Source of the DNA: Bdellovibrionia bacterium
GTDB lineage: Bacteria; Bdellovibrionota; UBA1018
NCBI GenBank assembly: GCA_049424145.1
Contig: JBMSSC010000070.1
Span: 1-14,574 of the forward strand
Reading direction: 5' to 3'
DNA: 14,574 nt
The notes beneath the pieces are model-generated. The model was not told the origin of the DNA. It made no database searches and saw only the letters and a program-made list of their open reading frames with translations. Made by a program: the position numbers and the translations under genes. Positions 1-10,718 of this stretch are shown here, piece after piece (position 1 is the stretch's first letter; the number at the start of each line of letters is the position of its first letter).

Positions 1-1647
1 TTGAACCTCTTTTGCTTTGCCATGCTCATGTTGGTTTTAGGTGGTTCACTCCCCATTCTGTTTTTAGGATGGGAAGGCGTGGGGCTTTGCAGCTACCTCC
101 TGATTGGCTATTGGTATCAAGATGAGGAGAAAGCCTCAGCCGGGAAAAAGGCGTTTATCGTCAATCGAGTGGGGGACTTTGGATTTTTAATCGGGATGTT
201 TCTGATCTTCTCTGCTTTTGGAACGCTTGATTTTGCTGAGCTTCGCGCCCTGTTTTCTCACTCCGGGCACATTGCGCAGATTCCCTCAGGCGTCACACCC
301 GAGATGATCACGGCCATCGGTCTTGCACTCTTTGTGGGCTGTATGGGAAAATCCGCTCAAATTCCTCTTTACGTCTGGTTACCCGACGCCATGGCAGGAC
401 CAACTCCCGTCTCTGCTCTCATTCACGCAGCCACCATGGTCACCTCAGGCATCTACATGCTCAGCCGGCTTAATTTTCTCTACAGCCTCTCTCCAACGGC
501 GTTAGGCGTAGTGGCCACGGTGGGGGCATTGACCGCATTTTTTGCAGCTACCATTGCTTTGGTTCAGTCCGACATTAAAAAAGTCCTTGCCTACTCCACC
601 GTCTCCCAACTGGGGTATATGTTTTTAGGCTGCGGCGTGGGAGCCTACTCCGCAGGGGTGTTTCATGTGATCACCCATGCCTTTTTTAAAGCCCTCCTGT
701 TCTTAGGCGCAGGCAGCGTAATCCACGGCATGCACGAGGAACAAAACATTTGGAAGATGGGTGGACTCAAATCGAAGATGCCCAAGACGTTCTTCACTTT
801 TGCCATCGGGTGGCTTGCGATTTGTGGACTCCCCCCGTTCTCTGGGTTTTTCTCCAAGGACGAGATCCTCTGGCAGGCCTTTAGCTCTTCCCATGGTTCG
901 GTTGTTTTATGGGGCCTTGGGGCGGTGACAGCTGTGATGACGGCGTTTTATATGACTCGCTTGTTCTTCCTGACGTTTTTAGGAACCCCGCGCTTTCAAG
1001 AGGCGTCACATGCTCATGATCACAACGAGCATTCCCACGCTGCCCCTCATGCCTCTCACGACGCTCACGCTCACTCGTCCTCAGGCGGAGTTCACGTGCA
1101 TGAGTCTCCGTGGGCAATGGTTTTGCCGCTTCAGGTTTTAGCCGTACTTAGTGCCGTTGGAGGTTGGATCGGAATTCCTCATCTGAGTTGGCTTGAACAC
1201 TGGCTTGAGCCTGTGATCCCTGCTCATGAGGCAGCCCATGAGGCGCTGACGGCGTCTGGGGCAATGGAATGGGTTCTCATGGCCTTCAGTGTCCTGGGTG
1301 CCATCGCAGGCGTACTGGCTGCGTTTCGTGTTTATCAAAACTTGGATCTCGTGGCTCAGTTGGCAAGAAAATTCAGCGGAGTGCATCGGTTGCTTTCCAA
1401 TAAGTGGCTTGTGGATGAGTTGTATGAGGCGATTTTGGTTCGCCCCATTCGATCCATTTCAAGCTTCCTTTGGAGCGGAATCGATGTGGCCTTGATTGAT
1501 CGAGTGGTTTTAGGCTTTGGAAGACTCTCGGTTTGGACAGGGCAAGCCGCACGCACAATTCAAACCGGTGTTGTTCAATTTTATGCCTTAGCTATTCTTT
1601 TCGGAATCATAGCGATCGTGGGGTATTTTATTTATGGATGGGTTTAA
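1..1647 (+). CDS. nuoL: NADH-quinone oxidoreductase subunit L, 5'-truncated by the window edge
   Basis: Hydrophobic ORF with ND5/NuoL signatures GWEGVGLCSYLLIG, KAFIVNRVGDFG, GKSAQIPLYVWLPDAMAGPTPVSALIHAATMV, DIKKVLAYSTVSQLGYMF and HAFFKALLFLGAGSVIH. Followed by nuoM and nuoN. Confidence 0.97.
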   Translation: MNLFCFAMLMLVLGGSLPILFLGWEGVGLCSYLLIGYWYQDEEKASAGKKAFIVNRVGDFGFLIGMFLIFSAFGTLDFAELRALFSHSGHIAQIPSGVTPEMITAIGLALFVGCMGKSAQIPLYVWLPDAMAGPTPVSALIHAATMVTSGIYMLSRLNFLYSLSPTALGVVATVGALTAFFAATIALVQSDIKKVLAYSTVSQLGYMFLGCGVGAYSAGVFHVITHAFFKALLFLGAGSVIHGMHEEQNIWKMGGLKSKMPKTFFTFAIGWLAICGLPPFSGFFSKDEILWQAFSSSHGSVVLWGLGAVTAVMTAFYMTRLFFLTFLGTPRFQEASHAHDHNEHSHAAPHASHDAHAHSSSGGVHVHESPWAMVLPLQVLAVLSAVGGWIGIPHLSWLEHWLEPVIPAHEAAHEALTASGAMEWVLMAFSVLGAIAGVLAAFRVYQNLDLVAQLARKFSGVHRLLSNKWLVDELYEAILVRPIRSISSFLWSGIDVALIDRVVLGFGRLSVWTGQAARTIQTGVVQFYALAILFGIIAIVGYFIYGWV

Positions 1648-3235
1648 TTCCAATATGCTCTCAAAACTTGTGTTTTTCCCTCTGCTTTGGGCCGTCTTGG
1701 GTCTTTTGATCCCCTCGAAGCCCAAGGCTGCAAAGGCCCTGCAGCGCAGTTGGGCTTTGGCAGGAACCTTGATCACGTTTGTGGTTTCTTGCTCACTGTA
1801 CTTTCAGTACGTGCCCTCAGGGGCTGAGTTTCAATTGAGTGAGACGTTGGCTTGGATCCCCGAGATGGGCATTTCCTACTCATTTGGGATGGATGGGATT
1901 AGCTTATGGCTGATTTTACTCACCACGTTTTTAATGCCCATTGCGGTTTTATCCTCATTTGATGCGATTCATCACCGTGAAAAGGAGTACTACTTTCTGC
2001 TTTTGGCTTTGGAAACGGGGATGCTCGGGGCTTTTGTGGCACTCGATGCGTTCCTTTTTTACGTTTTCTGGGAAGCCATGCTCATTCCGATGTACTTTTT
2101 AATTGGCATTTGGGGTGGAAAGGATCGCATCTACGCGGCCACGAAGTTCTTTCTGTACACTCTCGTGGGGTCCTTGTTGATGCTGGTGGCCGTTTTCTAC
2201 CTGGCTTATCAACATAAGGTGCAATTTGGGTTTTACTCCACGGCTCTCACCGATCTCTATCGCCTGCAGCTGGCGGGGGGTTCGTTTTGGACACCTCAGA
2301 GCCTCTTGTTTCTGGCCTTTGCTTTGGCTTTTGCGATCAAAGTGCCTTTATTCCCATTTCACACCTGGTTGCCTGACGCCCACGTTCAAGCTCCCACAGC
2401 AGGAAGCGTGATTTTAGCAGCGATCCTTCTGAAAATGGGAGGCTACGGGTTCATGCGCTTGGCATTTCCTTTGTTTCCCCAAGCCGTCTCGTATTTTCAG
2501 ATCCCATTTATGACCCTAGGCGCCGTGGCCATTGTTTATGGAGCTTGGGTGGCCCTTGTTCAGCCGGATATGAAGAAGCTTGTGGCCTACTCCTCCGTCA
2601 GTCACATGGGGTATGTCATTGTGGGATTGTTCTCGCTCAATGAGCTTGCCGTCACGGGCTCGTATTACCAAATGCTCAATCACGGGATCTCCACCGGAGC
2701 TTTATTTCTTTTAGTGGGAGTCATCTATGAGCGAAGGCATACGCGAGAGATCGCAGCCTATGGGGGGATCACTCGCGTGATGCCCCTTTTTGCAGTCGTG
2801 TTTTTGATTGCAACTCTCTCCTCTGTGGCACTTCCTGGAACCAATGGGTTTATTGGTGAGTTTTTAATTCTCCTGGGCTCTTGGCAGGTTAATCCCGTGC
2901 TTACGGCCATCTCAGCACTGGGGGTGATTTTTGGGGCCGTGTACATGCTCTGGATGTTCCAAAAAGTGATGTTCGGGCCCATTCGCCACGCCGAGAATCA
3001 GGAGCTCAAGGATCTAACGGTCCGAGAGGGGTTGGTTTTGCTGCCGCTCGTTATTGCGATTTTTGGCATGGGGGTTTTTCCTAACTTCTTTTTTGAAAAA
3101 CTCGAGCCTTCCATTCATCGGTTGGTGGCCAGAAGTACAAATCAGCCCAAGAGTTCAGTGGCTCAACTTGAGCCTGAAGCCATCCCGGCTCCAGGCGTTG
3201 CAGCTCAAACCTCGGCCTGGGTTTCTGAAAATTAA
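1634..3235 (+). CDS. nuoM: NADH-quinone oxidoreductase subunit M (start may instead be the ATG at 1655)
   Basis: ND4/NuoM motifs GMDGISLWL, FYVFWEAMLIPMYFLIGIWG, AIKVPLFPFHTWLPDAHVQAPTAGSVILA, DMKKLVAYSSVSHMG and LPGTNGFIGEF. Confidence 0.97.
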   Translation: MDGFNSNMLSKLVFFPLLWAVLGLLIPSKPKAAKALQRSWALAGTLITFVVSCSLYFQYVPSGAEFQLSETLAWIPEMGISYSFGMDGISLWLILLTTFLMPIAVLSSFDAIHHREKEYYFLLLALETGMLGAFVALDAFLFYVFWEAMLIPMYFLIGIWGGKDRIYAATKFFLYTLVGSLLMLVAVFYLAYQHKVQFGFYSTALTDLYRLQLAGGSFWTPQSLLFLAFALAFAIKVPLFPFHTWLPDAHVQAPTAGSVILAAILLKMGGYGFMRLAFPLFPQAVSYFQIPFMTLGAVAIVYGAWVALVQPDMKKLVAYSSVSHMGYVIVGLFSLNELAVTGSYYQMLNHGISTGALFLLVGVIYERRHTREIAAYGGITRVMPLFAVVFLIATLSSVALPGTNGFIGEFLILLGSWQVNPVLTAISALGVIFGAVYMLWMFQKVMFGPIRHAENQELKDLTVREGLVLLPLVIAIFGMGVFPNFFFEKLEPSIHRLVARSTNQPKSSVAQLEPEAIPAPGVAAQTSAWVSEN

Positions 3236-3276
3236 TCGAACCAATGAGAAGAAGATAAGAAAAGGAAGATGATCCG

Positions 3277-4836
3277 ATGCAAACCTTAACCACCATTCGT
3301 CCTGAGCTCTTAAGTTTGAGTCCTGAGCAGATTCAATTGATTCTGCCACTGATCACGATGTTTCTAGGGGCCTTGGTGGCCATTTTGGCAGCCGTGGGAA
3401 AAACGATTCAGCCCAAGTGGTCCGTTTTTCTGGTGAGCTTAGGGACTGTCTTGGGCTCCTTAGTGCTTTCAGCCCAACTCTTGGGGCGGTTATTGGAGGA
3501 TGTGTCTTCGGTCCCTTCAGGCGGAGCAGGACTGTTTCAGACCTGGGTTCTGTTTAACGGGATGATGGTGGTGGATCCTTATTCCCTGTTTTTTAACGTC
3601 CTGTTTTTGGTCTCAGCTTTGGTGACTCTGCTGGCCTCCTTGCGCTATTTGGATCGCGAGCAACTTCAGCATCCAGAGTACTACATTTTAGTTCTTTTTG
3701 CGTGCCTAGGGATGATGCTCATGAGCTCGTCGCTGGATCTGATTGTTCTGTTCGTTTCTTTAGAGCTCATGTCTCTTGCTGTTTACATTCTCGTGGGCTT
3801 CCGACGCGCGGATCGCCGATCCAATGAAGCGGCCATGAAGTACTTTATTTTGGGCTCCGTGGCCTCAGCCGTTTTACTCTATGGCTCTGCCCTGCTCTAT
3901 GGAGCCACAGGCTCAACCTCTTTGGGTGAGATCTTTCGCTATGCCCACGCTCATCCAGAAAGCTTAAGTCCTTTGTTTATCCTGGGCTCGGTTTTGCTAC
4001 TCTTAGGGTTTCTCTTCAAAGTGGCAGCGGCTCCCTTCCATATGTGGATGCCCGATGTGTATGAGGGCTCTCCTGTGCCCGTGACTGGTTTTATGACCAC
4101 CGGTTTGAAAGCGGCTGCTTTTGCTACCTTACTTCGTGTCTTCATCATGATGGGCTATGGTAAGGGGCTTTCAAACTTGTTTCATGATCACATTCATCAG
4201 ATTCTCTGGGTCTGTGCCGTGCTGACGATGCTCATTGGAAACTTAGTGGCACTCACACAGGTTAACTTAAAGCGCATCTTGGCTTATTCCTCCATTGCTC
4301 ATACCGGATACTTACTCGTCGGAATTTTGGCAGGGGCGAAAAGTGAGCTGGGCTATGCACCCGTGATTTTTTACATCCTGATGTACGGACTCATGAATCT
4401 TGGCGCTTTTGTGGTGCTCACGGTGATTGCATCTCGTGGAGAAAACAACTTGAATTTTCAGGACTTATCCGGGTTTTCTCAGCGTCAACCCGCCTTGGCT
4501 TTTGCTCTAGCCGTCTTCCTGTTTTCCATGGCTGGGATTCCTCCCACCGGTGGTTTTGTGGCCAAATACTTCCTGTTTTACTCCGCCGTTCAGGCCGATG
4601 AGATTCCGTTGGTCGTGATTAGCGTTCTCAGTAGCGCAATTTCTGTGTATTATTATTTAAAAGTACTGGTTCACATGTACTTAAAAGAGCCCGTGGGCAG
4701 TGCCCCGGTGGTTCGCGTGTCAATGGGTTCTGCTTTTGCTTTGGTGGCTTTGGTGGTTCTGAATCTGCAGCTCGGGATGCTTCCTGCCGCAGTTTTTAAC
4801 TTAACGAAGAAGGTTACGGTAGGACTTTTAAGTTAG
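3277..4836 (+). CDS. nuoN: NADH-quinone oxidoreductase subunit N
   Basis: ND2/NuoN motifs LELMSLAVYIL, SNEAAMKYFILG, FKVAAAPFHMWMPDVYEGSP, KRILAYSSIAHTGY and SMAGIPPTGGFVAK. Purine-rich SD-like AAAGGAAG at 3261-3268. Confidence 0.97.
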   Translation: MQTLTTIRPELLSLSPEQIQLILPLITMFLGALVAILAAVGKTIQPKWSVFLVSLGTVLGSLVLSAQLLGRLLEDVSSVPSGGAGLFQTWVLFNGMMVVDPYSLFFNVLFLVSALVTLLASLRYLDREQLQHPEYYILVLFACLGMMLMSSSLDLIVLFVSLELMSLAVYILVGFRRADRRSNEAAMKYFILGSVASAVLLYGSALLYGATGSTSLGEIFRYAHAHPESLSPLFILGSVLLLLGFLFKVAAAPFHMWMPDVYEGSPVPVTGFMTTGLKAAAFATLLRVFIMMGYGKGLSNLFHDHIHQILWVCAVLTMLIGNLVALTQVNLKRILAYSSIAHTGYLLVGILAGAKSELGYAPVIFYILMYGLMNLGAFVVLTVIASRGENNLNFQDLSGFSQRQPALAFALAVFLFSMAGIPPTGGFVAKYFLFYSAVQADEIPLVVISVLSSAISVYYYLKVLVHMYLKEPVGSAPVVRVSMGSAFALVALVVLNLQLGMLPAAVFNLTKKVTVGLLS

Positions 4837-4870
4837 TTTTTGAGTCCTACCCCAAAGAGGGACTCATCGG

Positions 4871-7800
4871 ATGAGTAAATCTGACCAGGGAATGGGTCAA
4901 CTGTACAAAGTCAAATTGGCCTCCGGGCGAATCTTGGGTCCTTTTGGCCTGGATCCCATTCGACGTCTGATTTTAAAAAATCAAATTCGAGGACAGGAGC
5001 TCGCTCGTCGCTATCCTGAAGAGGATTGGAGAGACATCAACTCCGTTTCAGAGATTGCGGATCTTTTGATTGCTCATGCCTCAGGGCGCTTAGCTCAGCA
5101 GGAGTCTTTGCCTGAACCTCCCGCTTATCAACCGCTCTTAGGCACCCAGGCTGAGCTCAGGAAACCCGTTGCTGAGACTCAAATTTTGGAGAATGAGGTT
5201 CAAGGGGAAGTTCAAGAAGCGGTTCAGGAGGAAGTTCAAAAGGCGGATCAAGAAGCTGAGCTCGCAGTTGAACCGGAGGTCCACGCACCCGTTGATGCCC
5301 AGTCCCAGTCCCAAATCCCCAGTTTTCGGTTGGATCAGCAGGAGGGTGAGCCCAGTGGCTTGAGCCCAAACTCAGAGGCTGATTCGGAGCGAACGATGGT
5401 CGGCTTGGGAGAAGAGGCCCGCCCCCTCGATGAGGATCGAACCTCCATGGTGGAGTCGGAGGACCGAATTGAGTTTGATGCTCCGGTTGAAGAGAGCTCC
5501 TTGGGAACCCCGGAGGTGAACTCTTTCTTAGAACTGAGTACCCCTCGCTCTCAGGAGCAAACCATCGTTTTGTCCAGACCAGTTCAGTCACTTTCCCAAA
5601 ACTCCAATTCGTCTCGCAGACGAAATCCCGCTCGTCGAGCAATCCTGATGGCTCTTTTTGTGATGGGCTTGGGATACACTCTTTTCTTCGACGAGTCACC
5701 ACCGCCAAAAAAAGAAGTTCAGATTGAATTTCTCCGACCGAAGCTTCCCCCGGTGAATCCTGCTGCTGCAGATCCAAAGCTCAGCTCTCAGGTGTATGGC
5801 GAGGGAATGAAGTTCTACATTCAGGATACAGCTTTAGGGTATCGACAGGCTGCCGAGCATTTCAGTCGTGCCGTGTCCTTAGATTCAGGGAACGTTAAAG
5901 CGCTTGCTCTTTTGGCCTCCAGTTATATCAACCTCATTGATTCCACCAATAAAGATGAAAATTACTTCTCCGTTCTCACCACTTTGATTGAAATGTCTCG
6001 CGCCAAATCCGTCGATCTTCCTGAAACCGTCATTGCAGATGTGGAATTTTTCTTGATGGTGAACAAACCCGAGGCGGCTCAACAGCGACTCGTGGATTAC
6101 ACAAAGACTCATCCAAGCTTTGGAGTTGAGCTGTTTTACTATCTCTCATTGGCCTTTTATGCTCGAGGAGATCACGAGTCGGCAGCCAAGTACTTGGCCC
6201 TCATTCCAGAACAGAAGGCCTTTAGTGCCAAGATTTTCTATCTCCGAGCCGAGCTTGCCGAGGCTTTTGGGCATGTGAATCAGGCCATTCAAGAGTATCA
6301 CAAGGCCATTCAGTTGAACCCGAATCATGCAAAATCGAGGTTAAAAATTGCGCGCTTTTATCGGGATAACGCCCGGCTCTTGGATGCCAAACCCCACCTT
6401 GAGTTTTTAGTTTCTCATCTTAAACTTTTGTCTCCCCACGATCAGGCTCAAGTTTATTTTCTTCACTCCCAACTGTCCTCTATCGAGCAGAAGAGTCGAA
6501 TGGCGCTTGAAGACATGGAAAAAGCGGTGGTCTTAGACCCGGAAAACCATGACTTTTTGCTTGAGCTCTACGCCCTGCGCGCAAAAAATGGGGAGTCCAA
6601 TCAGGATTTTCAAAAGATCGCAAAAATGTACTACTTCTTAGGTGAAGGGGAAAAGCTAGTTAAAAAAGGTCAATTCCAAGACGCACTCATTCCATTTCTT
6701 CAGGCTCGATCAGTGAACGATAGCTCCCCTTTGCCTCTCATTAAAATGGGAGATATGTTCAGTTATTTGAACCATATTGAAAATGCCAAGGTCAATTACA
6801 AGTTAGCCGCGGATCGGGCGACCAATGACATTGCCATTTGGAGTAAGTACATTCGGACCCTCATTCAGAGCTATGAATGGGATGAAGCCATTGCAGCGAT
6901 GGATCGCTTTAGAAAACTTCCTGTGAGTCAGAGTGCCTTAGATAAAGCAGCGGCCGATATGTATCAAAAGCAGGGGAACTTCATAGAGGCTCAACGCTTT
7001 TATAAAAAAGCCATGGCTCGTGACTCAATCGAATCGTCGGTATATGAAGCCTACGCAAAAAGTTTAATGGCGACCAAGAACTTCAAGGATGCCCCATTTT
7101 TTTTCTCCCTGGCTTTGCGATCAGATCCTCTCAACTTGGACATCAAAATTCATATTGCTCAATGCATCTCAGAGACGGACTCAATCGATCGGGCAATTTC
7201 CATGTTGGAGGATGAAAACAAACATCAAAAGACTCCGCGGGCAGAGCTCTTAGCTGCAATTGCTGAGCTGCAGATGAAAAAAGGATCCTGGGAGGAGGCG
7301 AAGTTTAACATTTCTGAAGCCATGAGGATCAATCCGGATTACCCTGAGTCATGGAGACTCCAAGCCCAGATTTACCTCAACTCGGAGGGCTCGGATCGAA
7401 ATGCCCTGAATCAAGCCTTAGCGGCCTATCAATCCTTCTCCGAGCGAAACACATCAGATCCGAGTGGTTATTTGGAGCGTTACAAGATTTTTGCAAAAAA
7501 AGCACAGTTTGAGAAAGCCAAAGAAGAACTCGATCACATCTACTTGATTTATCCCAAGTACCCCAATCTGCACTACTACCTGGGGGCCCTCTATGCGCTC
7601 CAAGGAAATCACAAGGTGGCAGCCGAAGAGTTTAAAAAAGAGCTTCAAAACAACCCCAATAGTCAGCAAACGCTTTTGGCTTATGGGAAAGAATTGATGG
7701 AGCTCGGTGCTCACTCCGAAGCGTTAGTTGTTTTTACTAAATTAATGCAATTAAGTCCTCGGTCTGCCGAAGCCAAGCAACAGGCAGGATGGGCAAACTT

Positions 7801-8002
7801 AGCTTTAAAAAACTATCAAGCTTCTGTCAGTCTGATTCTCTCCGCCATTGATCTGGATCGAGCCAATCCACTCCTTTATAAAAGACTGGGGCTGGCTTAT
7901 CGAACGATGGGAGACTTCAACGCGGCCTGTGCTTCCTTCCGAAAGTACTTAGAGATGGAGCCTGATGCGACGGATAAAGGTGATTTCTTATCCTGTTTTT
8001 AG
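4871..8002 (+). CDS. Large bitopic TPR protein: N-terminal GYF_2-like domain, acidic linker, one TM helix, many TPRs
   Basis: 1043-aa ORF. The N-terminus YKVKLASGRILGPF...I...W resembles GYF_2/DUF4339. A Glu/Pro/Ser-rich linker is followed by basic RRRNPARR and hydrophobic AILMALFVMGLGYTLFF. TPR-like units recur (AIQEYHKAIQLNPNHA, LEDMEKAVVLDPENH, AMRINPDYPESW, FRKYLEMEP). SD-like AGAGG just upstream. Confidence 0.88.
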   Translation: MSKSDQGMGQLYKVKLASGRILGPFGLDPIRRLILKNQIRGQELARRYPEEDWRDINSVSEIADLLIAHASGRLAQQESLPEPPAYQPLLGTQAELRKPVAETQILENEVQGEVQEAVQEEVQKADQEAELAVEPEVHAPVDAQSQSQIPSFRLDQQEGEPSGLSPNSEADSERTMVGLGEEARPLDEDRTSMVESEDRIEFDAPVEESSLGTPEVNSFLELSTPRSQEQTIVLSRPVQSLSQNSNSSRRRNPARRAILMALFVMGLGYTLFFDESPPPKKEVQIEFLRPKLPPVNPAAADPKLSSQVYGEGMKFYIQDTALGYRQAAEHFSRAVSLDSGNVKALALLASSYINLIDSTNKDENYFSVLTTLIEMSRAKSVDLPETVIADVEFFLMVNKPEAAQQRLVDYTKTHPSFGVELFYYLSLAFYARGDHESAAKYLALIPEQKAFSAKIFYLRAELAEAFGHVNQAIQEYHKAIQLNPNHAKSRLKIARFYRDNARLLDAKPHLEFLVSHLKLLSPHDQAQVYFLHSQLSSIEQKSRMALEDMEKAVVLDPENHDFLLELYALRAKNGESNQDFQKIAKMYYFLGEGEKLVKKGQFQDALIPFLQARSVNDSSPLPLIKMGDMFSYLNHIENAKVNYKLAADRATNDIAIWSKYIRTLIQSYEWDEAIAAMDRFRKLPVSQSALDKAAADMYQKQGNFIEAQRFYKKAMARDSIESSVYEAYAKSLMATKNFKDAPFFFSLALRSDPLNLDIKIHIAQCISETDSIDRAISMLEDENKHQKTPRAELLAAIAELQMKKGSWEEAKFNISEAMRINPDYPESWRLQAQIYLNSEGSDRNALNQALAAYQSFSERNTSDPSGYLERYKIFAKKAQFEKAKEELDHIYLIYPKYPNLHYYLGALYALQGNHKVAAEEFKKELQNNPNSQQTLLAYGKELMELGAHSEALVVFTKLMQLSPRSAEAKQQAGWANLALKNYQASVSLILSAIDLDRANPLLYKRLGLAYRTMGDFNAACASFRKYLEMEPDATDKGDFLSCF
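5195..5242 (+). repeat. In-frame 12-bp tandem repeat, 4 copies (EVQG-EVQE-AVQE-EVQK)
   Basis: GAGGTTCAAGGG GAAGTTCAAGAA GCGGTTCAGGAG GAAGTTCAAAAG, read directly. Confidence 0.85.
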
Positions 8003-9367
<1,365 letters not shown>

Positions 9368-9579
9368 TGCGTCATGGTTTCTGGTGAGGCGCGACTCCTG
9401 ATCGGCGATTGCACCAAAGACTTCAAGGACAACCATGCGTGGGGATGCTCGGCAAAGATGGATGGTGGATTCTCATTGAACCAATTGCGACTCGGAAAAT
9501 AAACAGGCGAGCTGCACTCAGGTGGGCGGGAGCAGGATTTTTGAGTTTACTCCCGCTTTCATTGGCTTGGAGGTGGATT

Positions 9580-10374
9580 ATGGGAGCTAAGACAAGATCA
9601 GAGCGTATGCCGGTCCTCTTCTTTGGCCATGGATCGCCGATGAACGCCATCAGTGACAACGCATATACGCGGACGCTGGCACGTGTGGGACGAGAGCTTC
9701 CGAAGCCGAGAGCGATCCTGTGCGTTTCTGCGCATTGGATGACAGAAGGTACTTGGGTGACAGGGATGGACAAACCAAGGACCATTCACGACTTCTCTGG
9801 GTTTCCGGAAGATCTTTTTAAGGTCCAGTATCCGGCGCCAGGAGACCCAGAGACTGCGAAGCAGATTGCATCCTTGGTTTCCGATCCAAAAATTCACATT
9901 GATCAGGATATGTGGGGCCTCGATCACGGGACATGGGCAGTGCTTCGGCACATGTATCCGAATGCGGATGTGCCCGCCTTGCAGCTGAGTATCTATTTAG
10001 AACAGTCAGCCGAGTACCATTACTTGGTCGGTCAGCAACTCCGAGCCTTGCGTGAACAAGGGATACTGATCGTGGGAAGCGGCAACATCGTTCACAACCT
10101 CAGACGCATGAGGTGGGAAGACCATGCTAAACCTTACGACTGGGCAGTTGAATTCGACGAATGGGTGAAAACTCGTCTTGTCGCTCGAGACGATAACGCT
10201 CTGATTCGCGACTATTTATCGACCGCTGAAGGGAAGCTCAGCGTTCCCACGCCGGATCACTATTTCCCCTTGTTGACCATCTTGGGCGCGGCCGAACGGT
10301 CCGATGAACTGAAGTTCCTGTACGAAGGGGTCCCAAATGGATCCATCTCGATGCGTAGTCTCAGGCTCGGTTGA
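9580..10374 (+). CDS. ygiD: 4,5-DOPA dioxygenase-like extradiol ring-cleavage dioxygenase (LigB family, YgiD/DODA)
   Basis: MPVLFFGHGSPMNAI, SAHW, TIHDFSGFP, WGLDHGTW, GSGNIVHNL and PTPDHY motifs. Strong SD GGAGGT at 9569-9574 before ATG 9580. The frame is open upstream to 9409, so the start is uncertain. Confidence 0.92.
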   Translation: MGAKTRSERMPVLFFGHGSPMNAISDNAYTRTLARVGRELPKPRAILCVSAHWMTEGTWVTGMDKPRTIHDFSGFPEDLFKVQYPAPGDPETAKQIASLVSDPKIHIDQDMWGLDHGTWAVLRHMYPNADVPALQLSIYLEQSAEYHYLVGQQLRALREQGILIVGSGNIVHNLRRMRWEDHAKPYDWAVEFDEWVKTRLVARDDNALIRDYLSTAEGKLSVPTPDHYFPLLTILGAAERSDELKFLYEGVPNGSISMRSLRLG

Positions 10375-10433
10375 TTTAAAAAAAAAGGAAAGTCTAATTT
10401 GAAATTTTGCGCGGCGGTTTTGGAAGCCCGTTT

Positions 10434-10477
10434 TGTTTCCAAAGTTGTTTCAGATTGATGAAATACACTTGGAAACA
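10434..10477. repeat. Imperfect inverted repeat built from paired TGTTTC units
   Basis: TGTTTCCAA (10434-10442) and TTGGAAACA (10469-10477) are perfect reverse complements. Inner TGTTTCA (10446-10452) pairs with TGAAATA (10459-10465). Confidence 0.75.
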
Positions 10478-10682
10478 CAACACGCAAGTCGGGTCGTTTG
10501 TCAGGCCTCCCCAACCCACTCAGGGTAGCCAGACTTGTAAAAAAGACAACGATCACCAGCTCTGTGAGTCGGGACTTTTCAGATTCATCAGTCAAAAAGA
10601 CGAACATGCCCAAGCTGACAGATAGAAACCGAACGTAGCTAGAGAAGCGCTCCCATTATTGGCACAAAGGAATTTCAGACGT

Positions 10683-10718
10683 TTGCATTACCGTATAATT
10701 ATGATATAATTATACGGT
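10683..10718 (+). promoter_or_regulatory. brnTA promoter overlapped by a perfect 13-bp palindromic operator
   Basis: ACCGTATAATTAT (10690-10702)-GAT-ATAATTATACGGT (10706-10718). -35-like TTGCAT at 10683-10688, 16-nt spacer, extended -10 TGaTATAAT at 10702-10710. Confidence 0.85.

Noticed and set aside
10392..10500. Integron attC site
   Set aside because: A bulged hairpin is present but there is no properly placed RYYYAAC...GTTRRRY pair and no cassette array.
10260..10625. ORFs 10260-10613 (-) and 10407-10625 (+)
   Set aside because: No SD or family motif, and the minus ORF overlaps ygiD. A hydrophobic remnant is possible but unsupported.
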